Source: Candidatus Eiseniibacteriota bacterium (GTDB taxonomy: Bacteria; Eisenbacteria; RBG-16-71-46; DASYSL01). Taken from it: a stretch of DNA of 64,000 bases. The position numbers and the translations under genes are program-made. Position 1 is the stretch's first letter; every line of letters begins with the position of its first letter. The stretch is from assembly GCA_031413115.1 (NCBI GenBank), contig JANOEH010000179.1:1163-65162 (forward strand), given 5' to 3'. The notes under the pieces were generated by a model that made no database searches, had not been told where the DNA came from, and saw only the letters and a list, made by a program, of their open reading frames with translations. This document shows, piece after piece, positions 8,954-17,413 of this stretch.

Positions 8954-10456
8954 ATGAAGCGACGAAGCTGGTTCGGTGCATCGTCCGGGCTCGGGTTCGC
9001 GTTCCTCCTCGCTGCGGTGAGCGTGGATGCGGCGCAGGGGGCCGCGATGAAGGCCGGCGCGAGCGCCGACAGCGCGAAGGCGGTGCGCGACTCGATCACG
9101 AAGGTGAGCGCCACCGCCGACAGCGCGAAGTCGGACCAGGCCCGCATCGTCGACCTCGAACGCGAACTCGAGCGCGTGAAGAAGCAGCTTGCGGACACCA
9201 ACGACCTGGCGCTCTCCGATCATAACCGGCTGCAGATTCTCGAGAGCCGGGCGCCCGCCGATTCGGTGAGCCAGGCCCTGGCGGCGCGGCTGGCCGAACT
9301 CGAGGAATCCAGCCGCCGCGCGCCCGAGGTCGCCCCGGACAAGCTGAGCTCGGCCGAGTTTCCGGGATCGATGCCCATTCCCGGCACGGATGCGGCGCTC
9401 CGGGTCGGCGGACAGGCGCGCTTCATCTACGCCCACAACTTCGCGGCGCTCGGCAGCGAGGGCCGGTTCATCGCCGCCACCATCCCGATCGCCGGCACCG
9501 AGGCGGCGGGCAAGGGCCCGCGCACGGCAATCACGGCCAACCCGAGCCGGATCAGCTTCGACATGCGATCGCCGACCGGCGTCGGCTACATCCGCACCTA
9601 CATCGAGGGAGACTTTCGCGGCCAGGGAAACACGCTGCGCATGCGGCATGCCTACGGGCAGTGGCACGGTGTCATCGCCGGACAGACGTGGTCGACGTTT
9701 TCCGATCCCGAGGCCGAGCCGGACGGGATCGACCTCGAGGGACTCAACGCGATCTCGCTGTTCCGCCAGGGACAGGTGCGTTACAGCACAGAAATCAAGA
9801 CCGACATCTTCTTCGCCGTGGCGGTCGAGGATCCCGCGCCTTCCCTCACTGGCGCGGTCGGCGTCAGCCAGGCTCCGGACCTGGTCTTCCGCCTGCGCTG
9901 GAAGCCCGCCGAGGACAAGTCTCCGCCCTTCATCCGCGGCGGGCACCTTCAATCAGCGCTCCTGCTGCGCGAAATCCGCGGCGAAGCCATCGCCAACCAG
10001 ACGCTCGGGACTTACGGCTTCGGCCTCAACCTGACCGGGCGCATTTCGGCGCCGTGGGGCGGGACCGACCGCGTCCTCTTCGCGGTCAACGGCGGTCTCG
10101 GCATCGGCCGCTACATCGCGGATCTCTCCGCCGAGGGCGGGCAGGACGCCGTCTACGACTCCGTCGACAATGATCTCGATGCGCTGCCGGCGCTCTCGGG
10201 CTACCTCGGGGTCGAGCACTGGTGGGGGAAGATGTTGCGCTCGACGGTGACGTACGGCGTCGTCGATGTCGACAACCTGCCGATCCAGGGTCCCGAGGCG
10301 TACGACCTCACGCGGCGCGCGAGCATCAACCTGGTTTATTCGCCGATCAAGCGACTCGACCTGGTCACCGAGTACCTGTGGGGCGAGCGCGAGAACAAGA
10401 ACGGAGAGAAGGGCACGTCCAGCCAGATCCAGATCGGGTCACGGCTGGTGTTCTGA
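8954..10456 (+). CDS. Porin-like outer-membrane protein with an N-terminal coiled-coil (DcaP-like architecture).
   Basis: GGGAGGG RBS and signal peptide. A heptad-rich segment (IVDLERELERVKKQLADTNDLALSDHNRLQILE) precedes a beta-barrel ending ...IQIGSRLVF. Confidence 0.65.
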   Translation: MKRRSWFGASSGLGFAFLLAAVSVDAAQGAAMKAGASADSAKAVRDSITKVSATADSAKSDQARIVDLERELERVKKQLADTNDLALSDHNRLQILESRAPADSVSQALAARLAELEESSRRAPEVAPDKLSSAEFPGSMPIPGTDAALRVGGQARFIYAHNFAALGSEGRFIAATIPIAGTEAAGKGPRTAITANPSRISFDMRSPTGVGYIRTYIEGDFRGQGNTLRMRHAYGQWHGVIAGQTWSTFSDPEAEPDGIDLEGLNAISLFRQGQVRYSTEIKTDIFFAVAVEDPAPSLTGAVGVSQAPDLVFRLRWKPAEDKSPPFIRGGHLQSALLLREIRGEAIANQTLGTYGFGLNLTGRISAPWGGTDRVLFAVNGGLGIGRYIADLSAEGGQDAVYDSVDNDLDALPALSGYLGVEHWWGKMLRSTVTYGVVDVDNLPIQGPEAYDLTRRASINLVYSPIKRLDLVTEYLWGERENKNGEKGTSSQIQIGSRLVF

Positions 10457-10492
10457 TGATCGGCGCGGTCGGTCGACCTCCATCCTAATGAG

Positions 10493-11161
10493 GTGGCGAT
10501 GCAATCGTTGAGATCACTTCTGCTCGCGAGCCTGTTCGTGGCCGCGACGATCCCGGTCGCCCACGTCCCGGCGCATGCGGCCGCGGTGGGGGCCTTCGCC
10601 GGACTCAACCGCGGCAGCATCAAGGGCGATGCGCCGAACAACGTCGAGTACCGCAAGATGAACGGGCCGATCTTCGGCGTGCAGGGCGAGTATGAAATCG
10701 CTTCGGACGTGCTGCTCAGCCTGCAGCCGATGGTCGTGCAGCGCGGCAGCACGATCGCCGATGCCGACTCGACCGACGGCGCGAACGACGGGGTGGAACT
10801 CGACGTCGCGCTCGACTACTTCGCGATCCCGATCGTGGTCAAGTTCATGACGGGCAAGGGGCGTACCTACGTGACCGGCGGCGTCGACATCGCGTTCCTC
10901 AGCTCGGCGACGGTCGAGGGCGAAGGCGTGGACGTCGACGTGAAGGACTCCTTCGAGAGCGCCGACATCTCGGCGCTGCTCGGCTTCGGCGTGGTGTTCC
11001 CGGTCGGTCGGCCGCAGTTGACGGTCGAGGCGCGCTGGGTGCACGGGATGGTCAACCTCGCGGGAGACCCCGGCGGGCCGATCACCAACCTGCCGGATCG
11101 TTTCCGTTCCTCGGGACTTCAGTTCACCGCGGGCGTCCGCTTCCCGCTCGGGAGGCCGTGA
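10493..11161 (+). CDS. Small outer-membrane beta-barrel protein (OmpA-like barrel, OMP_b-brl type).
   Basis: Signal peptide MQSLRSLLLASLFVAATIPVAHVPAHA. Alternating strands and terminal aromatic (...TAGVRFPLGRP). The start could also be the ATG at 10499. Confidence 0.6.
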   Translation: MAMQSLRSLLLASLFVAATIPVAHVPAHAAAVGAFAGLNRGSIKGDAPNNVEYRKMNGPIFGVQGEYEIASDVLLSLQPMVVQRGSTIADADSTDGANDGVELDVALDYFAIPIVVKFMTGKGRTYVTGGVDIAFLSSATVEGEGVDVDVKDSFESADISALLGFGVVFPVGRPQLTVEARWVHGMVNLAGDPGGPITNLPDRFRSSGLQFTAGVRFPLGRP

Positions 11162-12117
11162 TGCGCACCACACTCCGACTCGTGTTCGCGGCCTGGCTGG
11201 TGCTGGCGGTCGCGCCGGCGCAGGCGCAGGCGCAGGCGCAGGAATCTGCGGAACCCAGGCGGCCTACCCTCGACGGTCACACGTTCCTGCCCGTCGATGC
11301 CATTCCCGACCCGTTCGTGCGCACGTACGTGCGGAACACGCTCGGCTATGCGTCGGCGAGCAACCTCGAGTATCCCCCCGTCGTGCTCGACGGCGACACC
11401 CTCATCGCCCTCGACGGAGATCTGTCCTACGCGACCCTGAGCTTCGAGTACCAGCAGGCGCTCCGCGACTGGATCGCGGTGCGCGTGGGATTCGACGCGC
11501 GCACCCGGCTCGGCACGCAGGTGTCCTCCCTGCTGCTCGACGGCGTCACGGTGGGCACCGACTTCGGCATGAACTGGATGGTGCGACTGCACCAGTCGAA
11601 GTCGACGATGCTCAGCGGATCTGTCGGCGTGACCAGCCAGGACTTCACCCGGGTCGACCTGAAGGGGTTCGTCGACGACGTCATCGACGGCGTGCCCGAC
11701 CCGAAGCTGATCGATACCATCCCGGTCGTGCAGACGACGGTCGCGGCGAACTTCGCGTGGGCGATCAGCCGGCCCTTCGGACTGACCGCCCTGGTCGAGG
11801 GGGACTACGGCGACTCTCCGTTCCGGGATCGACCGGAGGGCTGGGAGTACACGTATGGCGCCTCCGTCGACTTCGACGCCGGCGCCGCGTGGGACGTTCC
11901 GATCGGGCTGGCGCTCGCCTTCCGCCAGACCTCGTTGCCCGGGTTGAGCGACGTCGAGGGAGCGCTGGGCCGGTCGGTCAACCTGCGCGTGGCCTACAAC
12001 GCACAGCCCGACTTCATCGTGGGACTCGACCTGGTCCGGAACTCCACGGGTGAGTCGACCGGCGAGCAGGAGCTCTCCTCGTCCGGCGTCATGTTCACGA
12101 TGCGCTACTACTTCTAG
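11161..12117 (+). CDS. Outer-membrane beta-barrel protein; hypothetical.
   Basis: ATG overlaps the upstream TGA (tgATG) with GGAGG 5 nt upstream. Signal peptide with an AQAQAQAQ cleavage region. C-terminal MRYYF. Confidence 0.6.
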   Translation: MRTTLRLVFAAWLVLAVAPAQAQAQAQESAEPRRPTLDGHTFLPVDAIPDPFVRTYVRNTLGYASASNLEYPPVVLDGDTLIALDGDLSYATLSFEYQQALRDWIAVRVGFDARTRLGTQVSSLLLDGVTVGTDFGMNWMVRLHQSKSTMLSGSVGVTSQDFTRVDLKGFVDDVIDGVPDPKLIDTIPVVQTTVAANFAWAISRPFGLTALVEGDYGDSPFRDRPEGWEYTYGASVDFDAGAAWDVPIGLALAFRQTSLPGLSDVEGALGRSVNLRVAYNAQPDFIVGLDLVRNSTGESTGEQELSSSGVMFTMRYYF

Positions 12118-12282
12118 GTTGCGATCGGGGAATGGGGTTGCGCGCGGTGCGCGGCCCCGTTCTTGACTTCCCGCAGGGCCGCTCCTACGATGCTTGGACC
12201 GCGTTTGCTGCGTCGAGCGGCCCCGCCGCGGCGCGTTGTCCCCGACCAGCCCCCGAATCGAATCGATCCCAGGAGGATCCGG

Positions 12283-12687
12283 ATGGATGCGATCTTCGAT
12301 GCGCTGAAGCAGGCCGTCGACAACCTGCTCGGGCGGGCGAGCGGCCCGCTGCACTTTCGCCTGATCCTGCAGCCTGTGATGGCCACCATCTTCGCCTTCA
12401 TCGCGGCTCGCAAGGACGCCGCTGCGGGCAATCCGGCGTTCCTCATGGAGTTCATCACCAATCCGGCCGAGCGGGGACGGCTCCTGCGTTCGGCCTGGCA
12501 GGACGTGGGCAAGGTCTTCATCCTCGCGCTCGTGCTCGACGGGGTGTACCAGTACATCGTCTTCAAGTCGTTCCACGTCGTCGAGGCGCTGATCGTCGGC
12601 GTCGTGCTGGCGATCCTGCCCTACATCCTGTTCCGCGGCCCGTTCACGCGTCTCCTGCGGCGGGGTGGCGACAAGACAGCTCACTGA
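12283..12687 (+). CDS. Small integral membrane protein; hypothetical.
   Basis: Strong AGGAGG RBS 7 nt before the ATG at 12283. Three predicted TM helices. The upstream part of the listed ORF is R/P-rich shadow. Confidence 0.45.
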   Translation: MDAIFDALKQAVDNLLGRASGPLHFRLILQPVMATIFAFIAARKDAAAGNPAFLMEFITNPAERGRLLRSAWQDVGKVFILALVLDGVYQYIVFKSFHVVEALIVGVVLAILPYILFRGPFTRLLRRGGDKTAH

Positions 12688-12724
12688 CCGAGCGAGACCG
12701 GCCGGTCCCCAGGGAGATCTCATC

Positions 12725-13090
12725 ATGGCGCTCAAGGAGTACAAGCCCGGAAGTGCATTCAGCGGCGTGATCGGCCGGACGTTCGACGTGTCGAGCCCGG
12801 CGTGGCCCGAGCCGCTGCGCGTGAGGTCCGGCAAGGACGCTCCCGGCCGCGGGCAGCCCTGCATCGACGAAGAGCTCGTCGGGCACTTCGGCATTCCGCT
12901 CACCATGCCGCTCTCGATCTTTCTGGCCGGCGGTTTCGTCTGCGGTGCCGATTCCGGCTCGCCGGTGTGGGACAAGAACACGTCGTCGTTCAAATTCACC
13001 GGCAAGCTGTACCGCGCCACCGTGGATGTCAGCGGAGAGTTGATCGTCGACACCGAGGCGCAGGTGCGAATGGCGATGGCGCGCCAGTAG
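12725..13090 (+). CDS. Arylsulfatase-like remnant protein: it keeps N-terminal and C-terminal arylsulfatase-like segments but lacks the sulfatase catalytic core.
   Basis: ATG with AGGGAG RBS. MALKEYKPGSAFSGVIGRTFDVSSPAWPEP and the C-terminal FKFTGKLYRATVDVSGELIVDTEAQVRMAMARQ resemble, from memory, the termini of actinobacterial-type arylsulfatases (for example AFNGTIELDIRDSEPDWGP and FAFTGGTIAQVTVDVSG... in AtsA). Confidence 0.45.
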   Translation: MALKEYKPGSAFSGVIGRTFDVSSPAWPEPLRVRSGKDAPGRGQPCIDEELVGHFGIPLTMPLSIFLAGGFVCGADSGSPVWDKNTSSFKFTGKLYRATVDVSGELIVDTEAQVRMAMARQ

Positions 13091-13114
13091 TCGCCAAGCG
13101 GGGCCGGCAGCGCG

Positions 13115-14338
13115 GTGCGCGTGCCGGCCCCTTCCTTTCCGTCCCGACCCGCCGAGGATCCCGTGACTTTGACCGCCGACACACCGGCCGGACTACCGCG
13201 ACTCTCCCTGCTCGGCGGGCCACTCCACGCACTGGGCCGGCGGTTTGGCCTGGTCCGTGGCAGCACGAACACAGTGCGCCTGGGGCTGGCGATCGGCGCG
13301 TTCCTCTGGCTCATCCTGCTCGGACTCTCCCTTCTCGAGGGACTGGGGCGCGAGTTCTTCAGCCTCCCACTCGTTGGCGTCCATGTGCGACTGCTCCTCG
13401 CGCTCCCGTTGTTCTTCGTCTGCGAGACCATCCTCGATCCGCGACTCGCGGTGTTCGTCGACACGATCGTGCGCTCGGGCATCGTGCCGCCCGCATCGCT
13501 GCCCCGCCTCGAGGCGGAGATCACCCGCGTGCGGCGGTGGATTGATTCGCCGACGGTCGACACCGTCTGCCTGCTTCTTGCCGCGGGAGGGCTGTTCCTC
13601 GGGTCCTGGCTGGCGCTGCCGGGCGAGTCGGCCGCCGTCTCCCCGGGGCGCGCCATCGGCAGCATGCCGTTGGCCGGCCTGTGGTACTGGGGCGCCTGCA
13701 TGACGCTCTTCCGCTTCGGGCTGTTGCGCTGGCTCGTTCGCCTCGTCCTGTGGGCGTACTTCCTCGCGCGGATCGCGGGCATGAACTTGAGGTTGTCGCC
13801 GAGCCACCCGGATCGCGCCGGCGGCCTCGGGTATCTCGAGGTCGTGCACATGCACTTCCTGCCCTTGATCTTTGCGCTGTCCGCCGTGGAGGCGGCCTCG
13901 TTCGCCGAAGGGATCGCCGGCGGGACCATGGCGTTCGAGGCGACCTACCCGATCTTTCTCATCGGGCTGGCCCTCGACGCACTCCTGTTCCTCGGCCCGC
14001 TGTTCATTGTCGCTCCGCTACTGTGGGCGTGCCGGGTACGCGGCCTCAGCGACTTCTCGGTGCTGGGCGCGGAGTACGTCTTCGGGTTCGATCGCAAGTG
14101 GGTGCAGCGGGAGCAGCCACCGGGGGAGCCGTTGCTGGGCACGGCGGACATGCAGTCGCTAGCCGACCTGGGCAACAGCGCCAACGTCGTGCGTGACATG
14201 CGTGTGGTCCCGATGAGCATCGGCATGCTGCGGGACTTTGCCATTGTCGCACTCCTGCCCTTCGCACCCTTGCTCCTGCTCAAGTATCCGCTGGCCGAAC
14301 TGACGCAGAAATTCATTTCCCGCCTGTCCGGGTTGTGA
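13115..14338 (+). CDS. Multi-pass integral membrane protein; hypothetical.
   Basis: A 407-aa ORF with 8 or more hydrophobic helices and no recognisable catalytic motif. Same strand as the neighbouring genes and closely spaced. Confidence 0.5.
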   Translation: MRVPAPSFPSRPAEDPVTLTADTPAGLPRLSLLGGPLHALGRRFGLVRGSTNTVRLGLAIGAFLWLILLGLSLLEGLGREFFSLPLVGVHVRLLLALPLFFVCETILDPRLAVFVDTIVRSGIVPPASLPRLEAEITRVRRWIDSPTVDTVCLLLAAGGLFLGSWLALPGESAAVSPGRAIGSMPLAGLWYWGACMTLFRFGLLRWLVRLVLWAYFLARIAGMNLRLSPSHPDRAGGLGYLEVVHMHFLPLIFALSAVEAASFAEGIAGGTMAFEATYPIFLIGLALDALLFLGPLFIVAPLLWACRVRGLSDFSVLGAEYVFGFDRKWVQREQPPGEPLLGTADMQSLADLGNSANVVRDMRVVPMSIGMLRDFAIVALLPFAPLLLLKYPLAELTQKFISRLSGL

Positions 14339-14366
14339 CCGTCGTGCGGGACCGAAGGAGGCGAAC

Positions 14367-14768
14367 GTGACCGACCCCGAAGCGAAGTCCGCGAACGACC
14401 TGGCGCAGGAGCGCACCGACCTCGCCGTACACCGCACGGTGATGGCCGCAGACCGCAGCCTGATGGCGTGGATCCGGACGGCGCTGTCGATGATCAGTTT
14501 CGGCTTCACCATCTACAAGCTGCTCGAGGGTTTCCAGCATGGTGGTGGCACGCTGCCGCACACGGAGACGCCGCGCAACGCGGGACTCTTCCTGGTCGGC
14601 CTGGGAACGATCTCGATGCTCCTCGGTTCGATCGAGTACTGGCTGACCCTGCGCGACCTGGCCCACACCATGGTCGTGCGCCTGTGGCGTCCCGCATTCG
14701 TCATCGCGCTCGTCATGTCCGTCACGGGCATGCTCCTGTTCTTCAGCATCATCCTGCGCCTGCTTTGA
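14367..14768 (+). CDS. DUF202 (YidH-family) membrane protein.
   Basis: AGGAGG RBS before a GTG start. The signature DLAQERTDLAVHRTVMAADRSLMAWIRTALSMISFGFTIYKLL is followed by two further TM helices. Confidence 0.75.
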   Translation: MTDPEAKSANDLAQERTDLAVHRTVMAADRSLMAWIRTALSMISFGFTIYKLLEGFQHGGGTLPHTETPRNAGLFLVGLGTISMLLGSIEYWLTLRDLAHTMVVRLWRPAFVIALVMSVTGMLLFFSIILRLL

Positions 14769-14772
14769 GGCC

Positions 14773-14958
14773 GTGGGGACACGCATGACGCCGCAGCCAC
14801 ACTTTGCGATCACGGTTCGTCGCGCGGGGCGCGCCGACGGCGCCGTGCGGTTGGCACTGTCCACGGCGCGAACGAACCGCGCGGCCCAGGCGCTCTACGA
14901 ATCGACCGGCTGGAAGCGCGATGACGAAAATGTCTCGTACGAGTTCGAGCGGGGCTGA
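14773..14958 (+). pseudogene. GNAT acetyltransferase C-terminal fragment, a probable gene remnant.
   Basis: The 61-aa ORF contains only the GNAT C-terminal motif (...RAAQALYESTGWKRDDE...). No N-terminal GNAT half is found in any frame upstream; the upstream sequence is occupied by the DUF202 gene. Confidence 0.3.
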
Positions 14959-15127
14959 TCGCGATCGGCGATGTCGCTGTATCGTCATGTGGGACAAGCG
15001 GTTGTGAAATCAAAGGCCGGCCTGAGGTTGCCCCGGCTTCGCATCGCGGCGTAGACTGCGACGTCCGCCGAGCCCCTCGGCGCCGCCGGTCCCTCCGACC
15101 GCCGATACCCCGATCCCGAGGATCTCC

Positions 15128-15688
15128 GTGGCCAATACCGCCGACATCAAGAACGGGCTCGTCATCGAGCACAAGAACGACCTCTATCGGGTCGTCGAGT
15201 TCCAGCACGTCAAGCCCGGCAAGGGTGGGGCCTTCGTCCGCACCAAGCTCAAGAACCTGCGCACCGGACGCGTCATCGACGAGACGTGGAACTCGGGCGA
15301 GAAGATCCAGGATGTCCGCCTCGAGCCGCATTCGATGCAGTTCCTGTATGCCTCAGGTGACGACTATCACTTCATGAACACCGAGTCGTACGACCAGATC
15401 CAGCTCCCCAAGGCCATGCTCGCCGATTACGTCGGCTTCATGACCGATGGCATGATCCTGCCCGTGCTCATGCGCGAGAGCGAGATCGTCACCATCGAAT
15501 TCCCGCAGATGGTCGAACTCGAGATCGCCGACACCGAGGACGGAGCGGCGCGCGGCGACACGGCGCGCGCGTTCCAGAAGCGGGCGACGCTGGTGACCGG
15601 AGCCGAGGTCATGGTGCCGGGTTTCATCAAGCAGGGCGATCGGGTCAAGGTCGACACCACGACGGGGAAGTACGTCGAGCGCGTCTGA
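15128..15688 (+). CDS. efp: Elongation factor P.
   Basis: Full-length similarity to EF-P (NGLVIEHKNDLYRVVEFQHVKPGKGGAFVRTKLKNLRTGRV...). 186 aa. Confidence 0.95.
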   Translation: MANTADIKNGLVIEHKNDLYRVVEFQHVKPGKGGAFVRTKLKNLRTGRVIDETWNSGEKIQDVRLEPHSMQFLYASGDDYHFMNTESYDQIQLPKAMLADYVGFMTDGMILPVLMRESEIVTIEFPQMVELEIADTEDGAARGDTARAFQKRATLVTGAEVMVPGFIKQGDRVKVDTTTGKYVERV

Positions 15689-15712
15689 TTCCTCCTGACG
15701 AGGGCACGAAGA

Positions 15713-15755
15713 GTCGCCCCGGTCCAGAGTGCGGACCGGGGCGACCGTGTTTTCC
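15713..15755. terminator. Bidirectional intrinsic terminator between the convergent efp and the downstream minus-strand gene.
   Basis: Perfect 13-bp inverted repeat GTCGCCCCGGTCC / GGACCGGGGCGAC with a 7-nt loop. It is followed by CGTGTTTTCC on the plus strand, and the flank is U-rich on the minus-strand transcript too. Confidence 0.6.
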
Positions 15756-15776
15756 AGCTGGGTGTTTCGTGTGGGA

Positions 15777-16472
15777 CTACGCAGAGGTCGACGGACGGAC
15801 GGTCACCGCGCGGTCGAGCGAGACCGCGAGCGCCGTTCCGGCCGGGAGCTGCAGCTGCGGTCCGCGCGTCAGCAACGAAGCCGCGGTGCCGGCCACGGCG
15901 CCTGCCGCTGCGCCCTTCCCGGCATCGCCCGCCGAGCCGCCGATGATCGCGCCGACCACGCCGCCAGCGACCGCGCCGCCGCCGATGATCGCCGCATCCT
16001 TGCCGCGTCCCGACTCGCTCTCGTAGATCCGGCTCGTCGAGGAGAGATCATACGTCCGGCCGCTGAAGCGTACCGTGTCGTAGGTGAGCTGCATCCGGCC
16101 ACGGCCGCTGGCCTTGCCCGGCTGCTCCGTGAGCGAGACATGACCGCTGACGATGGCGCCGGCCGGAATGATCGTCGCCCCCGCGACGGTCACCGGCGAC
16201 GAGATGCGCGCGGTGAAGCGATCGCCCACCGACGCGGTCTTCGTGCTGAGGGACGTCTCGAGCGTCATCGCCACCGCCGTGCCGGCGGGCAGCGTGACCG
16301 TTCGCGGCTGGGTGGCCGCGCTGCCGACCTTGGAAGCGACCTCACCGACCACGTCCGGCGTCGCCGAGTTGTTTAGGGCGTAGACCGCGACGGCGCCGAG
16401 CAGCCCCAGGCCGACGAGAGACATCCACAGGAGTTTCCTGTTGTTGTTGTGCGTGCTGGTGTTGGTTTCCAT
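15777..16472 (-). CDS. Membrane-anchored protein with a Gly/Ala-rich glycine-zipper-like C-terminal region; hypothetical.
   Basis: ATG with AGGAGGA RBS. N-terminal TM helix LLWMSLVGLGLLGAVAVYAL. C-terminal GxxxG-rich segment IIGGGAVAGGVVGAIIGGSAGDAGKGAAAGAVAG. Confidence 0.55.
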   Translation of the reverse strand: METNTSTHNNNRKLLWMSLVGLGLLGAVAVYALNNSATPDVVGEVASKVGSAATQPRTVTLPAGTAVAMTLETSLSTKTASVGDRFTARISSPVTVAGATIIPAGAIVSGHVSLTEQPGKASGRGRMQLTYDTVRFSGRTYDLSSTSRIYESESGRGKDAAIIGGGAVAGGVVGAIIGGSAGDAGKGAAAGAVAGTAASLLTRGPQLQLPAGTALAVSLDRAVTVRPSTSA

Positions 16473-16519
16473 GATGTTCCTCCTTGTTGCGAACAGATGA
16501 TCGACGGGTGGTCCGTCGA

Positions 16520-17014
16520 CTACCGAACGGTGATGCCGAACAGGATCGAGGCCTGGTTGACCTCGCTGAACGTGTAGCGGCCCTCGACGAACAGGTTGTT
16601 CCTGCCGGCCGGGAAGAGGACGCCGCCGAACATGTTCGCCGCCGGGTCGGTCTGGCTGCTGTCGTTCCCGTTGTTGTCGGAGTAGTCGACCATGCTGAAG
16701 CCGAGGCCGCCTCCGAGATACGGCGACGTCTTCGACTGCGGGCCGAAGTGGTAGAGCGCGTCCAGGTTGCCGTTGAAGCCGGTCAACTGGTCGGCGTTCC
16801 AGTACAGGATGTTCGGCTGCAGGTGCCAGTGGGAACCGGGGCTCTCCAGCTCGACGTGCGCGCCGACGGCGATTCCGCCGCCGTCACCTTCCGGGTCGAG
16901 GTAGCCGATGCGACCACCACCGCCGCTGAAGCCGAATGCCGAGGCGTGGGGGGCGGCCAGGACGAGGCCGAGCGCGATGGTGCCGGTGACGGCTGCGATT
17001 GAGGAGAGCTTCAT
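16520..17014 (-). CDS. Small secreted beta-barrel (OMP-like) protein; hypothetical.
   Basis: Internal ATG at 17014 with GGAGGA RBS. Signal peptide MKLSSIAAVTGTIALGLVLAAPHASA. Gly/aromatic-rich beta pattern. Confidence 0.55.
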   Translation of the reverse strand: MKLSSIAAVTGTIALGLVLAAPHASAFGFSGGGGRIGYLDPEGDGGGIAVGAHVELESPGSHWHLQPNILYWNADQLTGFNGNLDALYHFGPQSKTSPYLGGGLGFSMVDYSDNNGNDSSQTDPAANMFGGVLFPAGRNNLFVEGRYTFSEVNQASILFGITVR

Positions 17015-17028
17015 GGATCCTCCGGGTG

Positions 17029-17250
17029 TCAGGTTGCGTTGCGGCGGACTCCGCCCGCGAAGACCAGGGCGAGTCCCGAGACGACGGCCACCGCGCCCGC
17101 GATCGGCGGGATCGGCAGCGACTTCTTCTCGGTCACCTGCAAGTCGATCGGACCGAGTTCGACGTTGCTCTTCTTGTTCCAGCCGATTCCGCCCCAAGCC
17201 AACCCGGCAAGGCCGAGCAGGATGAGGACGATTCCGAGGCTGCGGGTCAT
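17029..17250 (-). CDS. Small two-TM membrane protein (DUF3185-like).
   Basis: A 73-aa protein MTRSLGIVLILLGLAGLAWGG...AGAVAVVSGLALVFAGGVRR. Closely spaced with its flanking minus-strand genes. Confidence 0.5.
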   Translation of the reverse strand: MTRSLGIVLILLGLAGLAWGGIGWNKKSNVELGPIDLQVTEKKSLPIPPIAGAVAVVSGLALVFAGGVRRNAT

Positions 17251-17263
17251 AGCGTCCCCCTCG

Positions 17264-17413
17264 CTAGATGGGCTTGCGGCCCTGGATGATCCGGATGAGG
17301 ACGCTGGCGATGGCCAGGACGAGCAGCAGGTGGACGAAGCCACCGAGCGTGACGCTGGAAGCCATTCCAAGTGCCCAGAGGACGACGAGGACGACGGCGA
17401 TGGTCCACAACAT
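17264..17413 (-). CDS. lmo0937-family small membrane protein.
   Basis: A 49-aa protein MLWTIAVVLVVLWALGMASSVTLGGFVHLLLVLAIASVLIRIIQGRKPI matches the lmo0937 family pattern. AGGAGG RBS. Confidence 0.6.
   Translation of the reverse strand: MLWTIAVVLVVLWALGMASSVTLGGFVHLLLVLAIASVLIRIIQGRKPI

Noticed and set aside
11119-13929. 936-aa minus-strand ORF spanning several plus-strand genes
   Set aside because: It is antisense to multiple plus-strand genes supported by signal peptides, TM segments and RBS-associated starts. The translation is R/P/S-rich with no domain signature.
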